DNA of 64,000 bases from an uncultured Chloroflexia bacterium (GTDB taxonomy: Bacteria; Chloroflexota; Anaerolineae; B4-G1; SLSP01): positions 1 to 64,000 of the forward strand of contig CAVVUS010000018.1 of the NCBI GenBank assembly GCA_963751345.1, in the 5' to 3' direction. Below the pieces are notes generated by a model. The model was not told the DNA's origin, did not search any database, and saw nothing but the letters and a program-made list of their open reading frames with translations. Of this stretch, positions 31,446-41,452 are shown one piece after another; the stretch's first letter is position 1, and each line of letters begins with the position of its first letter. The position numbers and the translations under genes are program-made.

Positions 31446-32300
31446 ATGAGGAGGCCCGCAAGGGGGCGGGCGGCGAGTTCGTCGAGCTGTCCGAGGGTGT
31501 GACCCACTATCAGCTCGGAGGGCCGGATGACGGCGTGCCTGTCGTCCTGATCCACGGCTTCTCAGTCCCGGCCTTTATCTGGGATCCGACCTTCGATGCC
31601 CTGGCAGACGCCGGATTCCGCGTCATGCGCTACGATCTCTTTGGTCGAGGTTACTCGGACCGGCCTCGTGGTCGCTATGACCTGGCACGATTCGACCGGC
31701 AGTTGGTAGAACTGGTCTCTGCGCTCCAGCTTGGGCCTGCTGTGGCCGTCCTGGGGCTCTCTATGGGCGGCGCCATCGCAGTGGGTGCCGCCGATCGGCA
31801 CCCTGATCTCGTGCGCAAGCTCGTGTTAATCGATCCCGCGGGCATGCCATCGCAGATGCCTTCGGGCTTCCGGATTCTGAATATCCCGTTGGTGGGCGAG
31901 CTCTTGATGGTGACGGTGGGTAAGCACATGCTCGTGTCGGGGCTGCAGGACGGATTTCTACAAGCCAGGCCGGATGGCCGCGCTGATGAACCGCTATCGA
32001 GACCAATATATGGCTCAGATGGACTATCCCGGCTTTCTCCGGGCGCTGCTCTCCACGATTCGTTACGGTCCGTTGGGCACGATGGCCGATGCCTACGCAC
32101 GCGTCGGTAAGCAGGAGCGCCGGGTGCTCCTGATCTGGGGTCGCGAGGACAACACGGTGCCTTTTGCCGTGAGCGAGAACGTGGTGTCGCTGATGCCAAA
32201 CGTGGACTTTCACCCCATCGATGACGCCGGACACGTGCCGCATCTGGAACAGCCTGGCCTGGTGAACCAACTGCTCGTCGATTTCCTGTCGAGGGCATAG
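31433..32300 (+). CDS. Alpha/beta fold hydrolase, frameshift near 31960
   Basis: LIHGFS, DLFGRGYS, GLSMGG nucleophile, WGREDNTVP, AGHVPHLE. Confidence 0.9.
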
Positions 32301-32430
32301 CGCCCGGTGCTATGATTTACATACAGGTCGGTGGGCCCTCCGGTCCGGATACCTGTATACTAGGGCAGTGGACGATGCACATCTGACGAGGGCCGGCCAC
32401 ACCGTGGGCGGCGAGAGAGGGAGGACAGGT

Positions 32431-32814
32431 ATGGAGGTTGTGGGTTTCAGGATCATGCGTTACACGCGGCAGTTTGATGCCATGTTGCACTTCTACCGCG
32501 ACTTATTGGAGATGCGCTGCATTCAGAACTGGAAGAACCCGGGTGTCACCGGCGCTGTGCTCACGCCGGGGCGAGCGGGTGGACATACGACGATCGAGAT
32601 CCTCGATTCCAGGGATCGGCCCCTTCAGAAGGGCAAGCCGGCCAACGTCGACCTGAGCCTAGAGGTCAGAGACGCGGATGCCTGGGAAGATCGGCTTCGA
32701 AGACAGGGCGTGCAGATCGCCGAGGAAATCGAGGACAAACCTTGGGGCCATCGTGCCTTCGGGATCGAGGACCCTGACGGCCTGCGGGTGACGCTCTACC
32801 AGGTTATCGGTTAG
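32431..32814 (+). CDS. VOC/glyoxalase family protein
   Basis: FYRDLLE, LEVRDAD, KPWGHRAFGIEDPDG. Confidence 0.88.
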   Translation: MEVVGFRIMRYTRQFDAMLHFYRDLLEMRCIQNWKNPGVTGAVLTPGRAGGHTTIEILDSRDRPLQKGKPANVDLSLEVRDADAWEDRLRRQGVQIAEEIEDKPWGHRAFGIEDPDGLRVTLYQVIG

Positions 32815-32833
32815 GGCCAAGTGGGTCATTGCA

Positions 32834-33877
32834 ATGAGTCCGTCGTCTGACGCGCTGTTCGGTGAGATCGTCCATGGCCTGATGACGCTCTTCGGTCCCT
32901 GGTCCGAGTATGTGGAAAAGAAGGAGTGGGTGACCGAGGGTCCGGTCGGGTTGCTGGCCGTGCGGACCGTGAACGGCTCGATCGTGGTCCACGGAGCAGA
33001 TCAGGACGGGGTGACAGCGACGTCCTGGGTGACAGTTCGGGGGCCGACGCGGGATCTGGCCGAGTATTTCGCCACGCGTGTCAAGGTGCATATGGATCAC
33101 AGGGGCGAAAACGTCTCCTTCTATACGCTTTATCCCCGCCCACCGCTCGGGTGCTCGGTCTTCGTGCGCTATGAACTCACCGTGCCCCGGGGTACCGACG
33201 CCGTTCTATTCACAGAGAATGGTGGCATTGACATTGACGCGACGGAGGGGGCCGTTGAGGCAGAGGCTTGGAGCGGCAACATCCGGCTCGTGGACTCGCT
33301 TGGGCCCGCGCAGCTCGTTACCTCCCAGGGCGCAATCTGGATATCGGGCTCCGAGGGATCTGTGGACGCCACGAGTGGTGGTGGCACGATTGAGGCGCGA
33401 GATGTCACGGGCCATATCAAGCTGAGAACGACCCGCGGGAATGTCCTCGTCCTAAGAAGCGACGGCGCCGTGCAGGTGCGGAGCCACAACGGCGACATCG
33501 ACCTCAGGGGAGGGCGCGGTGAGGTGACGCTCGAGACGACGCGGGGGGACATTCGTGCCACGCTCGAACGGCTCGATGGGCCGGGTGTATTCGCCAGTAA
33601 GACAGGCGATGTCATCGTCGCAGTGCACGAGGGTGGCCTGTCGATCGATGCCGAGTCCGTCCAGGGCAGCGTGGATCTGCGCCTGCCCGCTGGGTACAAC
33701 GGCGAACTTGAGGTGGAGACCGCCGGCGGCGCCATACAGTGCGAGCTTCCGGTCGATGCCAGAATTGCGTCCCCCAGCCTGTTGTTGGGACAACTGGGCG
33801 AAGGTGGCAGCGCGCTAGTCAGGGCGCGGGCCTTCGATGGAAGTGTTCGGCTGAGAAGCTGGCAGTCGGACTCCTGA
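32834..33877 (+). CDS. DUF4097-like beta-strand repeat protein
   Basis: Repeated T.NG.I / T..G.I units; YELTVPRG. Confidence 0.8.
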   Translation: MSPSSDALFGEIVHGLMTLFGPWSEYVEKKEWVTEGPVGLLAVRTVNGSIVVHGADQDGVTATSWVTVRGPTRDLAEYFATRVKVHMDHRGENVSFYTLYPRPPLGCSVFVRYELTVPRGTDAVLFTENGGIDIDATEGAVEAEAWSGNIRLVDSLGPAQLVTSQGAIWISGSEGSVDATSGGGTIEARDVTGHIKLRTTRGNVLVLRSDGAVQVRSHNGDIDLRGGRGEVTLETTRGDIRATLERLDGPGVFASKTGDVIVAVHEGGLSIDAESVQGSVDLRLPAGYNGELEVETAGGAIQCELPVDARIASPSLLLGQLGEGGSALVRARAFDGSVRLRSWQSDS

Positions 33878-33905
33878 TTGTGATGGCTCTGATGACGAGG
33901 TAACG

Positions 33906-34637
33906 TTGTCTATGGTATATCAGTGGTTACTTCTTGATGCAGATGGCACGCTCTTCGACTATGATGCGGCCGAGCGCCAGGCGTTGGGGGCAACGCTGGC
34001 TCACTACGGGATTCCATTTACCCCCGATGTCCTGACAACATACCGCAGGGTCAACGGACAGTTGTGGCGTGACTTCGAGCAGGGCAAGATGACCTCGGAG
34101 CGCATTAAGACGGAGCGATTTGCCCTGCTTTTTGGGGAACTCGTTCTGACGCAGACTTCGCCGGATCCTCTTGGATTCAGCAATACATATCTGGCGAATC
34201 TTGGCACCTGCACCGCCATGATGCCCGGGGCCGAGGACGTGCTGCAGGCGCTCACCGGGCAGATCCATCTGGCCCTGATCACCAACGGACTCTCGAAAGT
34301 GCAGCGCGCGCGGTTGGCCAATTCCGGTGTCGGTCACTATTTCGAGGCCCTGGTAATCTCCGAGGAGGAGGGTGTTGCCAAGCCGGATCCTGGTATCTTC
34401 GACGTGATCTTCGCACGCATGGGCATGCCCGGGCGGGACGAGGTTTTGATGGTGGGGGATAGCTTGACATCAGACATCCGGGGAGCCAACCGATATGGCA
34501 TTGACGCCTGCTGGTACAACCCCTCAGGTCTCCCACGTGCCCCCGGCTTCGACGTTCGCTATGAGATTGCGGCCCTGCAGCAGCTTCTCGCTATCGTCGA
34601 CGTCCAGGAGAGAGATGGGCAAGATAGAACGTCATAG
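33906..34637 (+). CDS. YjjG-like HAD nucleotidase
   Basis: DADGTLFDY, ITNG, KPDP, MVGDSLTSDIRGA. Confidence 0.9.
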   Translation: MSMVYQWLLLDADGTLFDYDAAERQALGATLAHYGIPFTPDVLTTYRRVNGQLWRDFEQGKMTSERIKTERFALLFGELVLTQTSPDPLGFSNTYLANLGTCTAMMPGAEDVLQALTGQIHLALITNGLSKVQRARLANSGVGHYFEALVISEEEGVAKPDPGIFDVIFARMGMPGRDEVLMVGDSLTSDIRGANRYGIDACWYNPSGLPRAPGFDVRYEIAALQQLLAIVDVQERDGQDRTS

Positions 34638-35448
34638 GCAGGACCTGATGCCACTGCTCGCCGCGTTTTTGGAGACTGGCGAATCGGCCGATCTACACGC
34701 CTATCTGGTGTCAAATAGTAACCTCCCTGGGCCTCGAGGTAACCTGGAGCTAGCGTCGGCGTTTGGTGATGTCGTGGGCGACATGGGAGAGGAGAATGTG
34801 GGCAGGCTCTGGGACCTGTGTCTCGAGATGACGCAGATTCCCGCGGAGGTGGCAGGGGTTAACAATCCCGAGTCGTTCCTCCCTTTCTGCGGCACCGTTG
34901 CACTCGGAGCGCTCGGAGCTGTCTCTGGGAATCATACCGACCCGGCACTCGCGCGGCTCCGGATCCTGGCCCGCGATCCACGCTGGCGCATCAGGGAGGC
35001 GATCAGTTTTGGCCTTTCACGGCTGATGGCAAGCCGGCCCACGAAGACGCTCGATGCGCTTGATGGGTGGGTGATCGGCGGTGACCCGCTTGAACTGCGA
35101 GCCGTAGCTGCCGGCGTTGCCGACCCACCTCTGCTGCAATCGAACGACGTAGCAGAAAGGGCTCTGGTTCTGCACGAGCGCATCCTGGCCCAAGTTGAAT
35201 CCTGGCCTGCGGCTTCTCGCAAGGCCGAGTCGTTCAAAGTCCTGCGGCAGGGGCTTGCCTTCACGCTCAGTGTCGTGGTGGCAGCCTCGCCCGAACGAGG
35301 CTTTCGCTTGATGCACCGGTTGGCGTCATCGTCGGATCGCGATATCCGTTGGATCCTCGCGCAGAACCTCAAGAAGAAGCGCTTGACCTCACCTTACCCC
35401 GATGAAGTGCAGGCATTGATCCTCGCCCTGCAACGCGGTCCTGTATAG
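34615..35448 (+). CDS. HEAT-repeat protein
   Basis: NSNLPGPRGNLELA, ARDPRWRIREAI, DRDIRWILAQNLKKKRL; all-helical pattern. Confidence 0.75.
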   Translation: MGKIERHRQDLMPLLAAFLETGESADLHAYLVSNSNLPGPRGNLELASAFGDVVGDMGEENVGRLWDLCLEMTQIPAEVAGVNNPESFLPFCGTVALGALGAVSGNHTDPALARLRILARDPRWRIREAISFGLSRLMASRPTKTLDALDGWVIGGDPLELRAVAAGVADPPLLQSNDVAERALVLHERILAQVESWPAASRKAESFKVLRQGLAFTLSVVVAASPERGFRLMHRLASSSDRDIRWILAQNLKKKRLTSPYPDEVQALILALQRGPV

Positions 35449-35451
35449 ACC

Positions 35452-35479
35452 TGTCACATTCCGACGCTCCCCGGTGTCT
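35452..35479 (+). promoter_or_regulatory. Putative ECF-sigma autoregulatory promoter
   Basis: TGTCACA-16 bp-TGTC immediately upstream of the ECF sigma ATG. Confidence 0.5.
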
Positions 35480-35484
35480 ATATC

Positions 35485-36075
35485 ATGAAGGGCAGATGCA
35501 AAAAGATGGCGACAACGTGGGATGGGACCTCCGCAGAGCGTACGCTGCCGGGACAGGATGCCGAAAGGGTGCTTGAAAGGGCCCTGGAGGAGCACTGGCA
35601 CCGTGTCTGCGCGGTGCTCTATCGCTTGGTCGGCGACTGGGATGAGGCCGAAGATCTGGCGCTTGAGGTCTTCTATCGACTCCACAAGCGCCCCCCACGC
35701 GACGTCGAGAAGGTGGCGAGTTGGCTCTACCGCGTCGCTACAAACCTTGGCTACAATGCCATTCGCGCGCGTCGTCGTCGACGTCATTATGAGGAGGCTG
35801 CCGGCAAGCTGGAGTGCCAGCGCGTCGTCTCGATGGACCCCGAGCGAGAGGTAGAGCGTCGCCAGGCTCAGCGGCGAATCCGCGAGGTGCTGTCGGGGAT
35901 GCGGCCTCGCTTCGCCCGGCTGCTCGTCCTGCGGCAGTTCGGTCTATCTTACGCCGAACTGGCCGAGGCGCTGGGCATCGCGCCGGGATCCGTCGGGACG
36001 CTTTTGGCTCGTGCGGAAAGCGCGTTCGAAGCGGGCTATCTGGCCCTGGAGGGCAACGATGCGACACTTGAGTGA
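35485..36075 (+). CDS. ECF RNA polymerase sigma factor
   Basis: AEDLALEVF, SWLYRVATN, GLSYAELAEALGIAPGSVGTLLARA. Confidence 0.92.
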   Translation: MKGRCKKMATTWDGTSAERTLPGQDAERVLERALEEHWHRVCAVLYRLVGDWDEAEDLALEVFYRLHKRPPRDVEKVASWLYRVATNLGYNAIRARRRRRHYEEAAGKLECQRVVSMDPEREVERRQAQRRIREVLSGMRPRFARLLVLRQFGLSYAELAEALGIAPGSVGTLLARAESAFEAGYLALEGNDATLE

Positions 36076-37252
36076 AGGTCAACTTCGTGCTTATCACGAT
36101 GGCGCGCTGGGACCGCGGTCACGTGCACGCGTCCAAGCTCACCTTGGGAACTGCGCCCGTTGTGAACGACGGTCGCACCAGGTCGTCGAACGCGGCGCTC
36201 GGGTCGCCGCGTGGGTGGCAGCGCCCCAGCCTTCACCCCGGGAAGCCCACCCCATCATCTCTGTGCAGTCTGCCCGACTGAGACTTGAGAGATACGAAGA
36301 GAGCAGAGAGGAGGCCGAAGAGCCTATGGCTAAGCTAAAGAGAGGACTATCGCGCCGTATCAGCCCTGCCTGGGTCGCCGTGATCCTGTTGGTGATCCTG
36401 GGACTGAGCTTCACGCTGGAGCCGGTCCGCACGTTGGCGAGCAGCTTCCTGGGACTGTTCCGCGTGCAGAAGATAGAGTTTGTGGCGTTTGACCCGTCAT
36501 CCCTGCTCGACGGTCAGGGCGTGGAAACGGCAATGCAGTCGTTGGAAAAGATGATGGACGAACAGGTCGCCGTCGACGTCGACGGCGAGCCCCAGAACGT
36601 GGACGAGGCGACGCTTCGCTCGCTCTCGGCCTTCCGGGTGCGTCTACCGCAGGCCGTCGATGGCGAGCCGCACTACGCGCTGACGCCAGGCGCCACCATC
36701 GACGTCAAGGTGGATCTGCCGCGCATCAAGGCGCTGCTCTCCGAGCTGGGGTATCAGGATGTTCAACTACCAAGTGCCCTCGACGGGGCGGACGTGAGCG
36801 TGCAGTTGTCGCCGTCGGCCATCTCGTCCTACGGATCCTGTGAGCCGAACACCGAGGAATGGGCCGCTGCGCATGGCCCTTCCGATTTCAGTGGCGACTG
36901 CACGGCCCTCATGCAGATGGTCAGTCCTGACGTCTCGGCCCCCGAAGGGTTGGATCTGCAGCAGTTAGGGTTGGCCTATTTGCAGCTTCTCGGTATGAGT
37001 CCCAGCGAGGCGACGCAGTTCAGCCAGCACGTCGATTGGACGGCGACACTCGTGATCCCGGTCCCACAGTCCGAGGCAACGTACACCGACGTGAGCGTGG
37101 ATGGCGTCACTGGCGCGCTGATCCGGCCTACGCACAACCGTCTTCCCACTTCGGAGTATCTTCTGATGTGGATCAAGGACGACGTCGTTTACGCGCTTAT
37201 GGGAACGGGAAGTCAGGCTGAGGCGCTTCAGATCGCCAATTCGCTTCAGTAA
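36059..37252 (+). CDS. Zinc-finger (zf-HC2) membrane anti-sigma factor with extracytoplasmic domain
   Basis: HLSEGQLRAYHDG..HLGNCARC (HxxxCxxC); TM WVAVILLVILGLSF; overlaps the sigma gene. Confidence 0.85.
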   Translation: MRHLSEGQLRAYHDGALGPRSRARVQAHLGNCARCERRSHQVVERGARVAAWVAAPQPSPREAHPIISVQSARLRLERYEESREEAEEPMAKLKRGLSRRISPAWVAVILLVILGLSFTLEPVRTLASSFLGLFRVQKIEFVAFDPSSLLDGQGVETAMQSLEKMMDEQVAVDVDGEPQNVDEATLRSLSAFRVRLPQAVDGEPHYALTPGATIDVKVDLPRIKALLSELGYQDVQLPSALDGADVSVQLSPSAISSYGSCEPNTEEWAAAHGPSDFSGDCTALMQMVSPDVSAPEGLDLQQLGLAYLQLLGMSPSEATQFSQHVDWTATLVIPVPQSEATYTDVSVDGVTGALIRPTHNRLPTSEYLLMWIKDDVVYALMGTGSQAEALQIANSLQ

Positions 37253-37346
37253 CACGTTGCTGGCTGGCTGGTAGCCGGTAGACATCGATCGCAAGACTAC
37301 CCCAAGGGTCGCCCCTGGGGTGGTCTTGTGTACAATCATAGGTGAT

Positions 37347-38379
37347 ATGGTCACGTCAACTCGTACGAGCCTTGCGATTGATGTTCAGCATCTGCACAAG
37401 ACCTTCGGTGAGCAAGTTGCCGTTGCTGACCTGACGCTGCAGGTCGAGCGGGGCGAGGTTTTCGGCTTCCTAGGGCCCAATGGCGCGGGAAAGACGACCT
37501 CGGTCAAGATGTTCCTGGGCCTGGTCGCGTCGACGGCGGGCACCGGACAGATTCTGGGGTTGCCGCTCGGCGATCCCCAGGGCCGTGCCAAGGTAGGGTT
37601 CCTGCCGGAGCATTTCCGTTTTCACGATTGGCTGACCGCCACGGAGTTCCTCCGCCTCCACGCGGATCTCTACAAGATCCCCGCGAGCGTGAGCCGCAAG
37701 CGCATCCCCGAGCTTCTGGACCTGGTAGGGCTATCGCCCCACGCCGGGAAGAAGCTGCGCGCCTTTTCAAAGGGGATGCTGCAGCGCATCGGCCTGGCCC
37801 AGGCGCTGCTCAATGAACCGGATCTCGTCTTCCTCGACGAACCCACCTCGGGGCTTGATCCGATGGGACGGCGGTTGGTGCGCGACATCATCCACGATCT
37901 GAAGAAGCGTGGCACCGCCGTCTTTCTTAACTCCCATCTGCTCAGCGAGGTCGAGGTGACGTGCGATCGCGTGGCCTTCATCCGCCACGGCGAGGTGGTC
38001 TACACCAGCGCGCTCAACACGCTCGTCGAGGGCGAGGAGCTCCTCGCCCGTGAGCTCACCGTCGCCATCGGGCGCACCCGCACGATGCCGCGTTGGGCTC
38101 TTCCTTTCCGCTCGAGGTGATCGCCGGGCTGGCCCGTTGGGGCGACAACATCCGCGCCGGCGGCGACGTCCGCGCCGACGGAGGCAACCGCCGTTCTGAC
38201 GGAGGCAACCCCGTTCTGACGGAGGCATGATCTCAATGACCGTGCACCGGGAGTCGGATCTTCCGGCTATCGCGCGATATCTGATGGATTGCGGGCTTGA
38301 CCTCTACGCCTTCTCGCCCCAGAGAATCTCGCTTGAGGATCTCTTCGTCGAGATCCTCGGCGCCGACAGCGAGGTGTGA
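37347..38379 (+). CDS. ABC transporter ATP-binding protein, frameshifts in the C-terminal part
   Basis: GPNGAGKT, FSKGMLQR, LDEPTSGLDP, NSHLLSEVE; true C-terminus SLEDLFVEILG..TGA 38379 in another frame. Confidence 0.9.
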
Positions 38380-38383
38380 CGCG

Positions 38384-39223
38384 ATGACTACGTGGGTGAT
38401 TGCCCGGCTGACGTTCCGTGAGGCCTCACGGCGCAAGATCGTGTTTGCCGCGCTCGTGTTGGGCGTGGTCTTCCTGGGCGTCTACGGCGCGGGCCTCTAC
38501 TTCATCCGGCAGGATCTGGCGCGGTCGGGCGAGATAGGGAACCCCCTGATCAGCAACCAGATCTTCAACTTCCTGCTGCTGAGCGGGCTTTACGTCGTCA
38601 ACTTCCTCTTTGTCGTGATGGCGGTTCTGACCTCAGTGGACACTATCGCCGGTGAGATCAACTCCGGCACGATCCAGTCGTTGGTCGCCAAGCCGGTGCG
38701 CCGGTGGGAGATTCTGCTGGGCAAATGGTTCGGCTTCATCGTTATGCTGACCCTCTACCTGGCCCTGATGGCAGGCGGCGTGATCGCGATCAACCGGGCG
38801 ATCACCGGGTACCAAGCCTCGAACGTGTTTCGCGCGATGGCCTTGATTTGGCTCAACGGGTGCTTGCTGTTGAGCGTCAGCTTCCTCGGCGGCACGCGGC
38901 TCTCCACGCTGGCCAACGGCGTCCTCGCCTTTGCGGCCTACGGCGTCGCCTTCGTCGGGGGATGGATCGAGCAGATCGGGTCGTTCCTGGAGAGCACGAC
39001 AGCCATCAACGTGGGCATCGTCTCCAGCTTGCTGCTGCCCAGTGAGGCGCTGTGGAAGCGTGCGGCCTACGAGATGCGCTCCCCTATCGTAGACGTCATG
39101 GGATTCTCCCCGTTTACCTCCGGTAACTCGGTGCCCAGCGGTCTGATGGTGGGGTACGCCGTTGCCTATGCCGTCGTCGCGCTCGCGCTGGCAGTCTGGA
39201 GCTTCAGTCGTCGCGATCTGTAA
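38384..39223 (+). CDS. ABC-2 type permease
   Basis: IARLTFREA, GEINSGTIQSLVAKPVRRWEILLGK, C-terminal FSRRDL; multiple TMs. Confidence 0.9.
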   Translation: MTTWVIARLTFREASRRKIVFAALVLGVVFLGVYGAGLYFIRQDLARSGEIGNPLISNQIFNFLLLSGLYVVNFLFVVMAVLTSVDTIAGEINSGTIQSLVAKPVRRWEILLGKWFGFIVMLTLYLALMAGGVIAINRAITGYQASNVFRAMALIWLNGCLLLSVSFLGGTRLSTLANGVLAFAAYGVAFVGGWIEQIGSFLESTTAINVGIVSSLLLPSEALWKRAAYEMRSPIVDVMGFSPFTSGNSVPSGLMVGYAVAYAVVALALAVWSFSRRDL

Positions 39224-39234
39224 TGCCCGCATTT

Positions 39235-39260
39235 CGTAGAGACGGGTCACCGACCCGTCT
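39235..39260 (+). repeat. GTAG-type REP-like hairpin (unoccupied IS110 target candidate)
   Basis: CGTAG-AGACGGGTC-ACC-GACCCGTCT, perfect 9-bp stem, just after a stop codon. Confidence 0.7.
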
Positions 39261-39441
39261 TCTGGTATGAACGCCCGTTGAATGTTGGTATGATCTTCGT
39301 CGTGAGGGTTCTGATTGAGCGGTGCATCTGCGCCCAGAGATGAGGCACGACCCAATCTACACGATCGCGCGCCGAGTTGTCCGATAGAACTTTTGTGCTA
39401 TCATGTGGGCTAGGAACGTCGTAGCCAAGTGAGGAGGTCGG

Positions 39442-40518
39442 ATGCCAGCCGATCCGTCCGCGTTGACCATTTGGACCACCCAACCCGACAGCCCGCTAGC
39501 ACGTCATCTGCGGGAGATGGGCTTCACTGTCGGCGCCATCGAGGAGGATGAGGGCGACATCGATCGCTACATCCTTGGCCCACAACTCGCGGTCGAGCGT
39601 CGTACGGCCCGCACCTTCCTGTTGGGCATCCAGGACAAGACGCTCTTCACCTCTGCTATCTATCTCCGCGAGCACTTTGAGATCCCGATTCTCATCGTCG
39701 AGGGTAGTATCGACTACGGGACCACGGGGTTTCATCCCCAGGCCGTGCGTGGCGCGCTGTCGTCCATGATGCTTGAATATGGCGTGAGCGTCCTTTCCAC
39801 TCCGGACGAGGGGGAGACTGCTCAGCTTCTGGCGATGATGGCGCGCCATGCCCAGGCGGGTATTCCCGAGATCTCCCTGGTCCCCAAGCGCAAAGCCGTG
39901 ATCTTGCCCGATCTACAGCGGCGCGTGGTGGAGATGCTGCCGGGCTGCGGACGGGTGACTGCAAGGGATCTGCTGCAGCATTTCGGCAGTGTCGAGCGCA
40001 TCGTCTCCGCGGGGCAGACGGAGCTGCAGCACGTCCGCGGCATCGGTAGGACGCGCGCCGCCGAAATCCACCGCGTCTTGCACGCAGATTATGAGGCGGT
40101 CGATACCGAACAGAACCTGGAGGACGCCATCACGGCTTCGCCGGAACTCCTCTTCGATCATGACGTTGAGTTCTTGGCACGACAACACCTTTTCACGACG
40201 GCGGCAGGTGAGCGCAATATCGTCGATCTTGCGTTCTTCGATGTCGCACGCGCCACCGTCGTTTTGGTTGAACTCAAGAGGGGTGGGCTGAACGCGGATC
40301 ACGAGGCACAGCTTCGACGCTATCTTGAGACGGCGGATGAGTCCCCGCTCTTCCACAGCTATCTGGTTCAGGGTGCCGGGCTTCGCGGGATTCTGGCTAC
40401 CGTGGACCGATGTGATTTTACTGCCAGCATCTCCGGACGTCGAGGCTGTTATCGTGGACGAGGCTGCGGTACAATCGAGGTGATCAAGGCGCTACGCCAC
40501 AAGAGACTAGGAGGATAG
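39442..40518 (+). CDS. ERCC4-like domain + HhH2 + NucS/EndoMS C-terminal-like PD-(D/E)xK nuclease fusion
   Basis: GDIDRY..AVERRT..PILIVEG; LPGCG..VRGIGRTRA; EQNLEDAI..PELL..VDL..D..VLVELK..QLRRY. Confidence 0.75.
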   Translation: MPADPSALTIWTTQPDSPLARHLREMGFTVGAIEEDEGDIDRYILGPQLAVERRTARTFLLGIQDKTLFTSAIYLREHFEIPILIVEGSIDYGTTGFHPQAVRGALSSMMLEYGVSVLSTPDEGETAQLLAMMARHAQAGIPEISLVPKRKAVILPDLQRRVVEMLPGCGRVTARDLLQHFGSVERIVSAGQTELQHVRGIGRTRAAEIHRVLHADYEAVDTEQNLEDAITASPELLFDHDVEFLARQHLFTTAAGERNIVDLAFFDVARATVVLVELKRGGLNADHEAQLRRYLETADESPLFHSYLVQGAGLRGILATVDRCDFTASISGRRGCYRGRGCGTIEVIKALRHKRLGG

Positions 40519-40522
40519 AGAA

Positions 40523-41452
40523 ATGGAGAAGCTGAGCCGGGCAGCACAGGCCAGAGCGCGGGCATTTGTCTTCGAGTATGGGCGTCCGTTGGAGCGGGCC
40601 AGGTTTCTCTATGCCTTGGAGGGTGGCGACGCGCAGAAGCTGTGCTCGACGAACTGGCGTCCTTCCGAGAACGAGGACGGAGGGTTCGGCCACGGGTTGG
40701 AGTCCGACCTGAGGCTGCCCGACTCGTCGGTGTTGGCCACGACGGTGGGGTTGCAGATCGCTTCGTGAGGTCGGCGCCGGCGCGGATCATCCCTTGGTCG
40801 AGGGGGCCATGCGCTACTTGATGGCGACCTATGACTCCGACCACGAAGTCTGGCCTATGACCCCCCCCAACGTCGACGACGCGCCGCACGCCCCGTGGTG
40901 GCACTATGATGAGGACGTGGCGACCGGTGGGGTGGATTCCTGGCCAATCCCCGTGCGGAGATCGTGGGCTACCTGCACGACTACGCCGATCTGGTGCCGC
41001 CGCAGATGCGGGATCATCTGACGGACGCAGTCATAGAGCATCTCGGGGACCTTGGGACATCTGTCGAGATGCACGAGGCCCTTTGCTATGTGCGCCTCGC
41101 CGAGAGCGAGGGGCTGCCGGAGGCCGCGCGTTTGGAACTGCTGCGCCTGCTGGTGCCGGTGGTGGATGCGACGGTGGCCAAGGACCCGGGCGCGTGGGGT
41201 GGATATGGGCTTACACCGGTCGAGGTCGCCAGCGGTCCGGACTCGCCCTTTGCGGCCCTGTTGGCCGAGCCGCTGTCGGCCAACCTCGATTACGAGATCG
41301 CGCAGCATGCCGAGAGCGGTATCTGGGAGCCCAAGTGGACGTGGGGTGGCGCGTATCCGGAGGCTTGGGAGCAGGCGAGAGAGGACTGGTCCGGAGTCAT
41401 TACCGTTCGGATGTTGGCGACGCTCAAACGTTTCGGGCGCCTGGAAGGGTAG
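40523..41452 (+). CDS. Prenyltransferase/squalene-cyclase-like alpha-alpha toroid protein, several frameshifts
   Basis: GRPLERARF, NEDGGFGHGLESDLRLP.SS, APHAPWW, C-terminal W..W..AREDW.G across frames. Confidence 0.7.

Noticed and set aside
38177-38226. 21-bp tandem repeat as a mobile or regulatory element
   Set aside because: It encodes a DGGNRRS low-complexity linker within the ABC ATPase C-terminus.
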